A stretch of 63,681 bases of DNA, the filler included. It is 4 parts of 4 records of this genome, joined end to end, with 100 filler letters (N's around TTAATTAATTAA, not from the genome) between each part and the next. Parts side by side here need not be neighbours in the genome. Positions count along the whole stretch, not along the records: positions 27,739 to 36,596 come from SRR20825010_947; positions 36,697 to 63,681 come from SRR20825010_962; 2 more parts are not named here. One strand, written 5' to 3'. The notes under the pieces were generated by a model that had not been told where the DNA came from, made no database searches, and was given only the letters and a program-made list of their open reading frames with translations. Shown here one piece after another: positions 29,840-40,349 of the stretch. The number at the start of each line of letters is the position of its first letter. The stretch's first letter is position 1. The position numbers and the translations under genes are program-made.

Positions 29840-31590
29840 AGGCGGCTCCCTGCAGGTGCAGACACGTACTTTCGCAACTGCTCAGTGGACTCAATACCAT
29901 CAGGCTGCACATTCAATCGGGTCAACACGCTTTTGGTGATCACCGAAAAAACCGGGGCCGCCACCAGGCCACCGTAGTACAAACCATTTTTAGGCTCGTC
30001 CACCATGATTGCCACGATCACGCGGGGGTCAGAAACCGGTGCCAAACCCACATACGACGACACATATTTATTGATGTACCTGCCACCTTCCTGCTTGTGC
30101 GCCGTGCCGGTTTTGCCGGCAACACGGTAGCCTTGGACCTGCGCCTTTGGTGCAGTACCCTCGGGCCCTGAAGCCAATTCGAGCATGCTCAACATGCTGT
30201 CAGCCACCTTGGGGCTGACCACTTGATGCGACACAAGTGGGTCTAGTGGCCCACGCTTGATCAGCGACGCGGGAATGAATCGCCCTTTGTTCGCAAAGAT
30301 GGTGTAGGACTGCGCCAACTGGATCAACGAGACTGAAATCCCGTGACCATAAGACATGGTGGCTTGCTCAATCGGTCGCCATTTGTTCCATGGCCGAACG
30401 CGACCCGCAACGGACCCTGGAAATGCGATGGACGGAGTTTGACCAAAACCCAGCAAATTAAAGAAATCCCACAGGTCTTTTCGCTCCAGATCCAGAACAA
30501 TTTTGGAGGTACCCACGTTGCTGGATTTTTGAATGATTTCTTCGACCGTCATTACACCGTGCGGCTTTGTGTCACTAATGGTGGCTGGGCCGATAGACAA
30601 TCGACCATTGCCGGTGTCAATTTTAGTACTGGCCTTTACCTTGCCTTGCTCCATCGCCAAGGCCACGCCAAATGGCTTCAGGGTTGAACCGGGTTCAAAC
30701 ATGTCTGTGAACACACGGTTGCGCAGCTTTTCGCCGTGCAATTGCCCGCGGTTATTGGGGTCATATGTCGGAATGTTGGCCATGGCCAGCAATTCGCCAG
30801 TTTTCGCATCCAGAACTACCGCAGCAGCAGCTTTCGCCTTGTGAAATTCCACTGCTTTTTTCAGTTCTGACAACACGATGTACTGCACATCGGCATCGAC
30901 AGACAACACCAGGTCATGCCCATTGACCGGAGGACGTAACTCACGAATGTCTTCTATCACATTGCCCAAGCGATCGCGAATCACATTGCGCTCACCGTCT
31001 TCACCAGTCAGGCGCTGATTGAATGCCAACTCAACGCCCTCTTGGCCTTTGTCTTCAATGCTGGTAAAGCCCACCAAATGCGCCATGGTCTCGCCTTGTG
31101 GGTAGTACCGCTTGCTCTCGGTCACAAACCCCAGACCTGGAATTTTCAAGGCCTTTGCTTTGGCTGCAACATCGGAATCCACCTGCCGATCCAGGTAAAC
31201 AAACGCACGTTTGCTGTCAGCCCGCATCTGCTTGATCATGCGTTCGGGCTTCAAACCCAGCACCGCTGCCAGCTTGCGCAAATCGTCGTCTTTGGTACCC
31301 CCAATTCGACGCCCGTCGTACCACACCGCCTGCGCAGGCACACTTTGCGCAAGCACCACCATATTCCTGTCCAGCAAACTGCCACGGCTTGCCTGCAAGG
31401 GCAATGTTCGCTCCAAGCGCTTGGCACCCTGTTCCTGCAAAAAGTCGTTGGAAATAATTTGAAGGTAAGCGGCTCGCGCAATCAATCCGCCAAAAGCCAG
31501 AAAGATACACACCAAAACAAAACGCGACCGCCAGGCTGGCAATCGCATTTCCAACAATTCTGATCCACCAAACCGAACGGCTTTACTCAC
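29836..31590 (-). CDS. ftsI: Penicillin-binding protein 3
   Basis: N-terminal TM, STLK, SSN, KTG motifs; dcw position. Confidence 0.96.
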   Translation of the reverse strand: MSKAVRFGGSELLEMRLPAWRSRFVLVCIFLAFGGLIARAAYLQIISNDFLQEQGAKRLERTLPLQASRGSLLDRNMVVLAQSVPAQAVWYDGRRIGGTKDDDLRKLAAVLGLKPERMIKQMRADSKRAFVYLDRQVDSDVAAKAKALKIPGLGFVTESKRYYPQGETMAHLVGFTSIEDKGQEGVELAFNQRLTGEDGERNVIRDRLGNVIEDIRELRPPVNGHDLVLSVDADVQYIVLSELKKAVEFHKAKAAAAVVLDAKTGELLAMANIPTYDPNNRGQLHGEKLRNRVFTDMFEPGSTLKPFGVALAMEQGKVKASTKIDTGNGRLSIGPATISDTKPHGVMTVEEIIQKSSNVGTSKIVLDLERKDLWDFFNLLGFGQTPSIAFPGSVAGRVRPWNKWRPIEQATMSYGHGISVSLIQLAQSYTIFANKGRFIPASLIKRGPLDPLVSHQVVSPKVADSMLSMLELASGPEGTAPKAQVQGYRVAGKTGTAHKQEGGRYINKYVSSYVGLAPVSDPRVIVAIMVDEPKNGLYYGGLVAAPVFSVITKSVLTRLNVQPDGIESTEQLRKYVSAPAGSRL

Positions 31591-31864
31591 GCTGAAAGCC
31601 TCCGTCCAAAGGCATGAACACCACCGACCCCGGGGCCGGGGGGTTCATGTCAAGCTTCGTTCGAGCAACTTGGTCTACCCGCTCACCTTTGGCCAATGTC
31701 ACCTGCTGCAGCTGCAAACGGGTGAACGCCACTTCAATTTGCTGCTCGGCCTGTTGCTCTTGGCCAAGCGCAACAAACAAGGTGCGCGCTTCATGCTGCT
31801 GCTCAACAACCAACATGGCACAAAAAATAACCAGGGCCAACAGCAAGATATTCAAGCGCCCCAT
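31583..31864 (-). CDS. ftsL: Cell division protein FtsL
   Basis: TM plus coiled coil, [12 protein letters not shown]; between rsmH and ftsI. Confidence 0.9.
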   Translation of the reverse strand: MGRLNILLLALVIFCAMLVVEQQHEARTLFVALGQEQQAEQQIEVAFTRLQLQQVTLAKGERVDQVARTKLDMNPPAPGSVVFMPLDGGFQRE

Positions 31865-32811
31865 GCACCCTCCTTGCCTGGCAGCTCAGCCAGTTTTTCG
31901 GCCACGCGCAACACCGACGAACGGGAGCGCGGGTTCAATTCGCACTCTTCCTTGGTGGGCTTGATTCGCGCCAGTTTGTTCATCAACGGCTTCGGCTCGG
32001 GCAACGGCAACTTGCGCAAGCGCGCGTCCTGCTGCGACTTCGGGTTGGCCAACTTTTCAATAAACTGCTTGGTAATTCTGTCTTCAAGTGAATGGAAACT
32101 GATCACCGCCAGCCGTCCCCCCACTTTCAAGCGCTTAAACGCAGCCGTTAAACCTTGTTCGAGCTGCGCAAGCTCCTGGTTGACGTGAATCCGTAAAGCC
32201 TGAAAGGTGCGCGTTGCAGGGTCCTGGCCCGGCTCCCGCGTGCGAACTGCCCCTGCCACGATCTGGGCAAGGTCGAGTGTTGTAGCGATCGGCCGCTGCG
32301 CGCGGCGAGCAACAATCGCTGTTGCAATCTGAACAGCAAACCGTTCTTCCCCATAATTTTTTATCACCTCTTTGATTTCCCGAGCATCTGCCCGGGCAAG
32401 AAAATCGGCCGCTGACTCTCCAGCCTGCGGATCCATTCGCATGTCCAAAGGACCATCCCTGCGGAAACTGAAACCCCGCTCGGCCTGATCGATTTGGGGT
32501 GACGAAACACCGATGTCCATCAGAACGCCATCCACCTGCTCAATCCCCAGCGAATCAAGTGCCGACTCAAGTTCAGCGAAAGCGCTACGAACACCTTGAA
32601 ACCGGGAGTCTTTGATTTCGCTCATGGCTTGCACCGCCTGCGGATCTCGATCAAGCGCAACAAGGCGACCTTGTGCGGACAAGCCGACAAGCAATGCACG
32701 GCTGTGACCACCGCGACCAAATGTGCAATCCAGATAAACGCCATCGGGTTTGTGCAACAGGGCGTCAACCGTGGGCTGAAGAAGCACGGGGATGTGTTCA
32801 TTGATACTCAC
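31852..32811 (-). CDS. rsmH: 16S rRNA m4C1402 methyltransferase
   Basis: [38 protein letters not shown]. Confidence 0.97.
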   Translation of the reverse strand: MSINEHIPVLLQPTVDALLHKPDGVYLDCTFGRGGHSRALLVGLSAQGRLVALDRDPQAVQAMSEIKDSRFQGVRSAFAELESALDSLGIEQVDGVLMDIGVSSPQIDQAERGFSFRRDGPLDMRMDPQAGESAADFLARADAREIKEVIKNYGEERFAVQIATAIVARRAQRPIATTLDLAQIVAGAVRTREPGQDPATRTFQALRIHVNQELAQLEQGLTAAFKRLKVGGRLAVISFHSLEDRITKQFIEKLANPKSQQDARLRKLPLPEPKPLMNKLARIKPTKEECELNPRSRSSVLRVAEKLAELPGKEGAWGA

Positions 32812-32813
32812 CT

Positions 32814-33242
32814 TCAGAAACTGAATTCGTTCAGTGATTCAGGCATGCCAGCAGCAATCGCCTTTTCTTCTTCCACTTTCAGCAACGTGGAATCCCAGAT
32901 CTCGAAATGACTACCCATGCCAAGCAACATGACTTCCTTGCTCAGCGACGCCGCTTCACGCAATTCAGGTGAAACCAGAATACGGCCAGCAGAATCAACT
33001 TCAACATCGGTTGCAAAACCGAGAAAAATTCGCTGCCAGGGGCGTGCAGACATGGGCCAAGCAGCTATTTTCTCGCGATGTTGCTCCCAAATTGGGCGCG
33101 GAAACATCAGCAAACAGCCGTTGGGGTGTTTTGTAAGCGTCAAGGCTCCCTCGCACTGCGTTTGCAGCGCATCACGATGCTTCTGCGGCACATTCATGCG
33201 CCCCTTTGCATCCATTGATAAGGAAGAACTACCTTGATACAC
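32814..33242 (-). CDS. mraZ: Transcriptional regulator MraZ
   Basis: MDAKGR and VDSAGRI repeats, FEIW. Confidence 0.96.
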   Translation of the reverse strand: MYQGSSSLSMDAKGRMNVPQKHRDALQTQCEGALTLTKHPNGCLLMFPRPIWEQHREKIAAWPMSARPWQRIFLGFATDVEVDSAGRILVSPELREAASLSKEVMLLGMGSHFEIWDSTLLKVEEEKAIAAGMPESLNEFSF

Positions 33243-33252
33243 GTGAATTAAT

Positions 33253-33316
33253 TTCCCACAAAATCACACAAATCCCCACGAATCACCACTTTACGCATTA
33301 TGAAATAGGTGGTCAA
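33253..33316 (-). promoter_or_regulatory. dcw promoter with four MraZ boxes
   Basis: TTGACC-N17-TAAAGT. GTGG/GTGT cores at 33256, 33266, 33276 and 33286 have an exact 10-bp period. Confidence 0.85.
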
Positions 33317-33476
33317 GCAATTCCCACGAGAAAAGGCTTTGCAACCAAGGACTTAGAGAGACTTTTCAGAAATCAATTCGGAAAAAACAATTGAAAAATA
33401 AGGATATAAAGACAACACTGAAAGTAATGTCTTAAGAAAAACATGCGGAGTTTAAATTGAATGGGGGGAAATGTGG

Positions 33477-33876
33477 AAAGCGCGCCTGTAAGCCGGATTC
33501 TGTTCAATGGCCTTGCGACCAAAGTGACAATCATTCCTCTAGGCTGAAAATTACTCTTCAGCTCAAGCCACCTACCCGCGCGCTCGGGGAGCGCCGTTGA
33601 CGCTTAAAGCGCCTGCGCGCCTATTTGGTGTTGCTCCAAGTGGGGTTTACCTAGCCAGCCTTGTCGCCAAGTCTGCGGGGGTCTCTTACACCTCCGGTTC
33701 GCCCTTGCCTGTGAAAGTTTCCTTTCCATCGGCGGTGTGTTTTCTGTTGCACTTTCCGTCGCCTTCAGTCTTGTTGCCAAAACCTTATAACGCCTGGTCG
33801 TTAACCAGCACCGTGCTCACTGGAGTCCGGACTTTCCTCTCCCTGAAATTCAGGCAGCGACTGTCCGACGCACTTT
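33477..33876 (-). ncRNA. rnpB: RNase P RNA (type A)
   Basis: GAGGAAAGTCCGGACTCC near 5' end, ACAGAATCCGGCTTAC near 3' end, AAAGTGCG/CGCGCTTT P1. Confidence 0.96.
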
Positions 33877-34685
33877 CCGCTGCACAGTGTAGACCCATCC
33901 CACGTAAATGCCAATCTTTCATGCGATGAAGCATTGCCTCGTGTTGGCTTCGCGCGATACACCGACGTGTCGCGGTAAAAACCCGCAGCATTCGATTCGT
34001 CGAACCACCCAGGCACCCCCATCACAGGCATCGGGCTGAAATTACCGGAATCCCGAATTTCGTTGACTAACTTGAGCGCCAACAACTGCAACTCATTCAC
34101 CCCAAAATCAAGACGGGGGACCAGCACAGGAATAACCTTCGCGCACAAGCCCTTGTGCGGTCGGTGCATGGAATCCAGCAGACCATGACCCACAATCAAC
34201 AGCTGCGCACGATCAGCCCAAGTGGAACGATTTTTTACAAACAGGGCTTGCCAGTCGTGATTCAACAATGCCGAAACCAAGGCGGCATCTGTGGTCAACA
34301 ACACGGCACCGCTTTCATCAAACAGGGTAAGGGCATCGCGAAAACGGCTTCGACCATTCGACGATCGCACGATTGAACTTTGAGAATCAACAATGTGATG
34401 CGTATTGATTTGCTGTTTGGCTTGGGGAAAGCCCAACCACACCAAGCCGTTGTACCAATCGTGCGCAAGGTCGCGCGTGGGTATTTCACCGGCATGAACC
34501 TGGCGCTCATAATCAAGCGCACCAAGCGTTTCATTTGACGCGGTGAATTCGGGAATGTGTATCCCCACGCTGGAACGTGCCTGATTCAATCGATACGCAA
34601 CCCCACCCACGCCAATACCCACGGGTTCAAACCGTGCGCAATCCCCACCGTAAGGCCAAAGCCAGGGCAGCAGCATGCCGGTCAA
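33801..34685 (-). CDS. DUF3025-family protein
   Basis: YE.....GEIPTR...HDWYNGLVW..FP..K, RDALTLFDESG, GHGL, P.PVMGVPGW. Confidence 0.85.
   Translation of the reverse strand: MTGMLLPWLWPYGGDCARFEPVGIGVGGVAYRLNQARSSVGIHIPEFTASNETLGALDYERQVHAGEIPTRDLAHDWYNGLVWLGFPQAKQQINTHHIVDSQSSIVRSSNGRSRFRDALTLFDESGAVLLTTDAALVSALLNHDWQALFVKNRSTWADRAQLLIVGHGLLDSMHRPHKGLCAKVIPVLVPRLDFGVNELQLLALKLVNEIRDSGNFSPMPVMGVPGWFDESNAAGFYRDTSVYRAKPTRGNASSHERLAFTWDGSTLCSGKCVGQSLPEFQGEESPDSSEHGAG
33886..33914 (-). promoter_or_regulatory. rnpB promoter inside the DUF3025 CDS
   Basis: TTGGCA-N17-TACACT ending 10 nt before the RNA 5' end. Confidence 0.7.
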
Positions 34686-35803
34686 ACCAGTCGAGTCACA
34701 GTCCAGTCCAGCGTCTCGCCTGCGCGAAGCGGCACAATGCCACTGTCGGTCACAAAGGGCAAGTGCGCGGGCACATCAAACTTCTTGCGCTGCATGACAA
34801 AAGCACCTTCATTGACCGGCAAGCCATAAAAAGCTGGGCCATTCAAACTGCAAAACTGTTCAAACAATGCAACATCATCCAATGCACCAACCTGCTCAAA
34901 TGCCTCGGCGTACATCGCCATTGCATAGGGTGCGGAATAACAACCCGCGCAACCACAGGACATTTCCTTCAAGTGCTTGGCGTGGGGTGCACTGTCCGTG
35001 CCCAAAAAGAATTGCGGCAAACCACTGGTGGCCGCTTTCAACAACGCCTTGCGATGCACCTCCCTTTTCAGCACCGGCAAACAATACCAGTGGGGTTGCA
35101 GCCCACCTTTGAACAAGGCATTGCGGTTGTACAGCAAATGCTGGGGCGTAATGGTAGCTGCCAGCAGCAAACGACCCTGCGAATCCCGGCCTGAATTTTC
35201 TGTCACAAAAGTTGCAGCCTGCTCGGTCGTAATGTGCTCAAACACCACACGCAAATTCGGAAACTGTTTGCGAAGCGGCTTCATCACTGTTTCAACAAAT
35301 GCGGCTTCGCGATCGAACACATCCACATCCGTGTCCGTCACTTCACCGTGCACCAACAACGGTAGGCCATGTTCCTCCATGGCGTGCAGCACAGCGCCGC
35401 ACTGCCCCAGCAAATCAGAAACACCAGCATCCGAATTGGTGGTTGCACCCGCAGGGTACAACTTCACAGCCTTTACCACACCACTGCGGGCCGCCTTTTC
35501 AATTTCCTGCGGGTTGGTCGTGCCAGTCAGGTAAAGCACCATCAGGGGTTCAAACTGCCGCATCACCGCCTGTTCTTCAGCTGTGTAATTGCCGGTTGCG
35601 CAGGCCTTCTCAATTGCGGCAAGAATTCGGCCGCGATACGCCACAGCCTGATCCACCGTGGTGACCGGCGGCTTCAAATTCGGCATTACGATTGCACGGC
35701 GAAAATTAAGGGCCGTCGCGGCGACTACACACTCCAAAGCCTCACCATCGCGAAGGTGCAAATGCCAATCATCGGGGGGCGCAATTTGAATGGTCTGGAT
35801 CAT
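34682..35803 (-). CDS. pyrC: Dihydroorotase
   Basis: PDDWHLHLRD, KLYPAGATTNS, EHITT, GTDSAPH. Confidence 0.97.
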   Translation of the reverse strand: MIQTIQIAPPDDWHLHLRDGEALECVVAATALNFRRAIVMPNLKPPVTTVDQAVAYRGRILAAIEKACATGNYTAEEQAVMRQFEPLMVLYLTGTTNPQEIEKAARSGVVKAVKLYPAGATTNSDAGVSDLLGQCGAVLHAMEEHGLPLLVHGEVTDTDVDVFDREAAFVETVMKPLRKQFPNLRVVFEHITTEQAATFVTENSGRDSQGRLLLAATITPQHLLYNRNALFKGGLQPHWYCLPVLKREVHRKALLKAATSGLPQFFLGTDSAPHAKHLKEMSCGCAGCYSAPYAMAMYAEAFEQVGALDDVALFEQFCSLNGPAFYGLPVNEGAFVMQRKKFDVPAHLPFVTDSGIVPLRAGETLDWTVTRLV

Positions 35804-35867
35804 AAGGTGTGCAGCAAAGTTGAAGAAAGTGGGGCTTATTTTACCCCACTTGCCCGACACCGACTTC

Positions 35868-36596
35868 TCAAGGCCTGCCGATCAGAATGATCCTCAGATC
35901 ATTCACATTCGTCATCGTTGGTCCAGTCATCAACAGCCGATCCAGGCGCTTGAAATAGTCGTAACTGGTGTGTTGGTCCAAGTGCAACTGCGGCGCCAAT
36001 TTGGCGTTTTTGCACAACTGACGATCACCGGGCAACATCAACGCACCAGCATGTCCCCCAATGCCATCAATTCCGTCCGTGTCCGCAGCAAGGGCAGCCA
36101 CCTCAACATCGGTATTCAGATCACGCAAATAAAACGCAAGCGCCAGCAGAAATTCAGAATTGCGCCCACCCCTGGCCTGGCGCATCTGTGCTTCATTCAA
36201 GGTCACCGTGCACTCACCACCACTGACAACGGCCAAAGGCGCAGCAGGCCACCCGCCCTGCCCCATGGCCGCCTGCCGCGCGATCGCCGCATGTACCTGG
36301 GCCACATCCCTGGCCTCACCTTCAAGCGTATCGCCCAGATTCAACACCTTGTAGCCCTTGCCCTCAAGATGTTGCGTCACCGCATTGAGCGACTTCAAAT
36401 TGCTGGCCAGCAAATGTGTTTTCACCTTCCTGAACACCAGCGAACTGCGCTTGGGCGTATCCGCCACCTCGCCGCGCACCCCTTTTTCCAGATGGCGCGA
36501 AATCGAATGCGGCACCTGCACCGCCCAGCGACGCAACACCTCCACGGCATCGTGGAACGTGCTTTCATCCGGACTGAACGGACCAGAGGCAATCGA
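35868..36596 (-). CDS. Glycerate kinase type 2 / MOFRL protein (5' truncated)
   Basis: IASGP, SGGECTV, GGRNSEF, DTDGIDG, TGPTMTNVND. Confidence 0.9.
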   Translation of the reverse strand, partial: SIASGPFSPDESTFHDAVEVLRRWAVQVPHSISRHLEKGVRGEVADTPKRSSLVFRKVKTHLLASNLKSLNAVTQHLEGKGYKVLNLGDTLEGEARDVAQVHAAIARQAAMGQGGWPAAPLAVVSGGECTVTLNEAQMRQARGGRNSEFLLALAFYLRDLNTDVEVAALAADTDGIDGIGGHAGALMLPGDRQLCKNAKLAPQLHLDQHTSYDYFKRLDRLLMTGPTMTNVNDLRIILIGRP

Positions 36597-36696
36597 NNNN
36601 NNNNNNNNNNNNNNNNNNNNNNNNNNNNNNNNNNNNNNNNTTAATTAATTAANNNNNNNNNNNNNNNNNNNNNNNNNNNNNNNNNNNNNNNNNNNN
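36597..36696. other. Artificial contig spacer
   Basis: N44-TTAATTAATTAA-N44. Confidence 0.99.
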
Positions 36697-36765
36697 CAGA
36701 GGGCACGGAGGTACACGGAGGGTTGCTCGCATTGATCTCTGGGAACCTCTGTGTTCTCGGTGGTT
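36697..36765. repeat. Imperfect palindromic repeat built of CACxGAG units at the contig edge
   Basis: CAGAGGGCACGGAGGTACACGGAG ... CTCTGGGAACCTCTGTGTTCTCGGTGGTT. Confidence 0.55.
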
Positions 36766-36881
36766 GAAAATGAGCGAGGTGTGTCGCAAGTGAAGTTCCC
36801 CGCGACAGACGCAGACTGCAGAGCACAGCTGCCGTTCGTTGAACTAATTCCGAGAGACACGACCGGATCGGAAGTTCGCGG

Positions 36882-39800
36882 TCATAGGCCTGGGTTGCCT
36901 GTGGGTGGTGGAGCCTGATCTACGTCAGCTGGCTTGCCGAGGATTTCTTCGAGGATTGGTGTTAACGCTTCTGCCCAGGTCTCGTAGCCAGCCGCTTCGA
37001 GGTGGATGCCATCCGATGAAACGTCTGGTAGTAGCTTGCCCTCGGAGTCCACCAGGTCGGCGTTGATATTGATCCAGTGAATTCGTTCGTCCGCGTGGCT
37101 GATCACTTTCAGCTTCTCGTTGATTGCGTTGATCGTGTCAGCGAGCGCTGGGTTTTGATCTCTTGGAAACATGGCCGTCAACACAATTGGCACATCGGGA
37201 AACCGCGATCGGAACTCGTCGATGATGGCCGCGATGCCCTCGACAACGTCGGTCACGTGAGACTTATTGGCCGCACCATTCCATGGAAGATTATTGGCTC
37301 CGGCTTGAAGGCAAACGACCTTGGGCGAAACGCCATCAAGCTCGCCGTTTTGCATTCGCCAAAGCATGTGATGCGTGTTGTCACCGCCCCAGGCGAAGTT
37401 GGCTGCGTTCCAGCCATGAAACGACTTCTTCCAGTGAGCCAACAATTTTGGATAGTCCGTCGCGCCCCAGCGTCGAGTGATTGAATCACCCTGAAAGTAG
37501 ACGTCGACCTTGCCGAGTTTCGTCTTAGCGACAAGCTGCTTGTGGGCCTCTTTCGAATTGGCGTCATTGCGTTGAAGCGGCGTGTGACGCACGGCTGCCG
37601 TGCTGACGGATGAGTTTTGTAACAACTCGTGAACGGCATCGAACGCCGCCTTGGGTTTTCGCTGGCGGTCAAACAGCAGCGGGTGATTGACCCGATTCCA
37701 CGGGAAGTAGTTCAGCCAGCTTTGGCCATCGTGCAGGTTCCAAAAAGAGACTCGTGCGATGGTGTCGCGGTACTCGTGAAACAGCTTGAACAATTCGACG
37801 TACTGCTGGACCATCTGCTGTTCGATTTCCGGTGGCATGCCATCCTTGTAGGGATCGAACGTTTTCAATTCCTCGCGATACTTGTTTCCGTCCGCCCACC
37901 AGCGGCCTCGTTTGACCACGTCGATGTCGAGTTCGGAAACCACGACCTGGATGTCGAGCTTGCGTAGCTCATCGAAGGTCGTGCGGAGTTCTGACAGTGA
38001 GTTGTCGCCCAGTTCAAAATGCCCCTGCATGCCGTACGCGTCGATGGGGGCTCCGGCGGCTTTCAGTTTTGTCAGCAGTTCAATCAGCTTCTCACGTTTG
38101 CCGGGTTTGTGTCCGTTGTAGTCGTTGTAAATCAGCAGAGCGTCGGGATCGTGTGCTCGGGCGGTCTTGAACGCAGTGACGATGAAGTCCATTCCGGTCG
38201 TTCGCGAGTACACCGAATCGCGGAGCAGATCATCGTTGCTGTCGCCGATGGCTTCGTTGACAACATCCCAGTGAGTAGCCACGTCGGCGTAGCGACTGAC
38301 GACGGTCTTGACGTGCGTTTGAATTCGCTGCAACAACTTCTCACGCGAGACTGGCTTTTCGCCTTCGTTCATCATCCATTCGTCGGTTCGGTCATCCTTG
38401 GCCCAAACAAGGCAATGGCCAACCATTTCCAGGTTGTGTTTTCGGGCGAAGTCGGCGAACGCATCGCTGGGCTCGAACACCCATTCATCTTCCTGCGGAT
38501 GAATGCCCTGAGGCTTCATGCAGTTTTCAGGCGTCAGGATTTGAAAGTGCCTGCGAATCAGGGCTGCGTCTTCCGCGTTCTGAATAACGCGATGTCCGAC
38601 ACCGATCTTGAACCGCTTGCCGACCGCATCTTTGAGGCTTGGCTCTGCTTTGGCGGCGTCGAGGGCGTCTGCGCCGAACGGGTAGGTTGTGATTCCGATG
38701 CGATCGAGCAAGGCTCCGTTTTCGCGGTACTTGATGGTCAGCGTGTGCTTGCCAGCGGTTGGCTTGAACGCGTGGAGCTTGACCCATTGCCAGCCTTTGG
38801 TTCCCAAGCCGTTGGCGGCAACGAAATCACCGTCGTCGACCTGAATCCAGAAAGAATCGTCGTCCGCGGATGGACAGTTCACCCGAGCGTGGATGTAGTA
38901 CTTGGCGTCTTTGGTGGTTGTGAATGGGATCGTGAGGGACCCACTGTCGCCAGCGGGAGCGGCTTGTGGGCTTTCAAGGCTGGACTTGATCGTGATGTAC
39001 TCTCCAGCCGAAGCGTCCTCGGCGGATTTGATTTGCCAGTCCGAACCGGGCTCCATCGCTTCGGCTTCGAACGTGAAGGTCTCAATGTTTTCGCCATCCA
39101 AGGTTGGGAACGTCGACTTTCCTTTCGTCCAACGGTCGTACCAGAATTCGTGCTCGACCAAATCGAAGGGATGCTTGGTGACGTCAGTATTGGCGTCGGG
39201 CTTGCCCAGCAGGAATTTGTCGACGAACGCTTCAACTTCGGGTCGTTGGCTGTCAGGAAGCTGACAGTGCGGATGTCCAGCGACGATCGAGAACCCAAAC
39301 CGATCGCCGATGCCGAACGTTTTCCAGACTTCGTGAGCAGCACGGCAGGAAACGTATCCGGATTCATCGGCCAACCATTCGTAATCTGGATTACCGAGAA
39401 CCAACAGAGCTCGCGGAGCCACCATCGCCATCAGTTCGTGATGGTCGTACGGCAGTTTGTCGACGGCGGCTGAGAATTGAAACATCTCTTCCCGAAACCA
39501 CGCTCGACTCGTTTTGCCAAGCGTTTCCACGTTGCCAAGGGTTTCGGAAACTCGCCATGCAGCCGCGCCGCCGCCGCCCGATTCCTGAGCGATGGTCAGG
39601 GCGATGCGTTCGTCGAATGCTCCGGCGAACAGTGCCATCTTTCCAGCGAACGAACAGCCCGTCACGGCCAGTCGTTTGTGGTTGATCGGCAGATCTTTTT
39701 CGACCAACTCGAGGCCGTCGATGATACGGCTGATTCCCCATGGCCAAGCCGCGTAGGCGCCGATGTGTGTGAGTTCCGGATAGAGCCGGTTGATCGGTTC

Positions 39801-40349
39801 GTTGCCGCGATTCTGCTGGTGCGACATCACTTGATTGAAGTTGAACCCAATGGTCGCGACCTTCCGCGCCGCGAAGATGTCGGGAGGGAGACTCCCGGTT
39901 CCTCCGCCAAAGCCAATGCCGATCACCGCAGGGAATGGCCCTTCGCCTTGCGGCAACGAAACCTTCGCGTTGAGCGTTAGAGTCTCGCCATTTTCGGTCA
40001 CCTTCACGGTGAGTGTGCCGTCTTTGAAGGTTGCCGTGATGTCTTTGGGACGCCCGGGTTTTTCGCCAACGCCGTATTTTTCAATCTCCGCTTTGATCTC
40101 CGCTCGCCGCTTGGACCAGTCCGCGAATTCCGTGGAACGTCCGCTTCCATCCGACCAGGCAAATGGATCGGGAAGAGGGCGCACCGTTGGCAACTGATCG
40201 AATTCGGGCAACACGGGCTTCGGGAATTCTGAACCCGTGTGCTCAACGTCATAAACAAGCGGAATGTTTTGTGCGAGGCAATCCACCGGGGCGAAGATGG
40301 AAAGTGTGATCATGGAGATGATCACAGCCAGTGTGGAGGGTTTTGGCAT
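36882..40349 (-). CDS. Secreted multi-domain enzyme: CE15-like esterase + beta-sandwich module + GH10 xylanase + SGNH esterase
   Basis: Signal peptide from ATG 40349. CE15: GCSFAGK, QESGGGG, PYDHH. GH10: TPENCMK, WDVVNE, YNDYN, QGH, SELD. SGNH: GDSIT, GANN, DGIH. Confidence 0.88.
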   Translation of the reverse strand: MPKPSTLAVIISMITLSIFAPVDCLAQNIPLVYDVEHTGSEFPKPVLPEFDQLPTVRPLPDPFAWSDGSGRSTEFADWSKRRAEIKAEIEKYGVGEKPGRPKDITATFKDGTLTVKVTENGETLTLNAKVSLPQGEGPFPAVIGIGFGGGTGSLPPDIFAARKVATIGFNFNQVMSHQQNRGNEPINRLYPELTHIGAYAAWPWGISRIIDGLELVEKDLPINHKRLAVTGCSFAGKMALFAGAFDERIALTIAQESGGGGAAAWRVSETLGNVETLGKTSRAWFREEMFQFSAAVDKLPYDHHELMAMVAPRALLVLGNPDYEWLADESGYVSCRAAHEVWKTFGIGDRFGFSIVAGHPHCQLPDSQRPEVEAFVDKFLLGKPDANTDVTKHPFDLVEHEFWYDRWTKGKSTFPTLDGENIETFTFEAEAMEPGSDWQIKSAEDASAGEYITIKSSLESPQAAPAGDSGSLTIPFTTTKDAKYYIHARVNCPSADDDSFWIQVDDGDFVAANGLGTKGWQWVKLHAFKPTAGKHTLTIKYRENGALLDRIGITTYPFGADALDAAKAEPSLKDAVGKRFKIGVGHRVIQNAEDAALIRRHFQILTPENCMKPQGIHPQEDEWVFEPSDAFADFARKHNLEMVGHCLVWAKDDRTDEWMMNEGEKPVSREKLLQRIQTHVKTVVSRYADVATHWDVVNEAIGDSNDDLLRDSVYSRTTGMDFIVTAFKTARAHDPDALLIYNDYNGHKPGKREKLIELLTKLKAAGAPIDAYGMQGHFELGDNSLSELRTTFDELRKLDIQVVVSELDIDVVKRGRWWADGNKYREELKTFDPYKDGMPPEIEQQMVQQYVELFKLFHEYRDTIARVSFWNLHDGQSWLNYFPWNRVNHPLLFDRQRKPKAAFDAVHELLQNSSVSTAAVRHTPLQRNDANSKEAHKQLVAKTKLGKVDVYFQGDSITRRWGATDYPKLLAHWKKSFHGWNAANFAWGGDNTHHMLWRMQNGELDGVSPKVVCLQAGANNLPWNGAANKSHVTDVVEGIAAIIDEFRSRFPDVPIVLTAMFPRDQNPALADTINAINEKLKVISHADERIHWININADLVDSEGKLLPDVSSDGIHLEAAGYETWAEALTPILEEILGKPADVDQAPPPTGNPGL

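Noticed and set aside
11977-36696. Abrupt taxonomic and compositional shifts suggesting HGT, and the repeated TTAATTAATTAA motif
   Set aside because: Each shift coincides with an identical N-padded spacer. These are concatenated contigs, so no cross-spacer linkage is meaningful.
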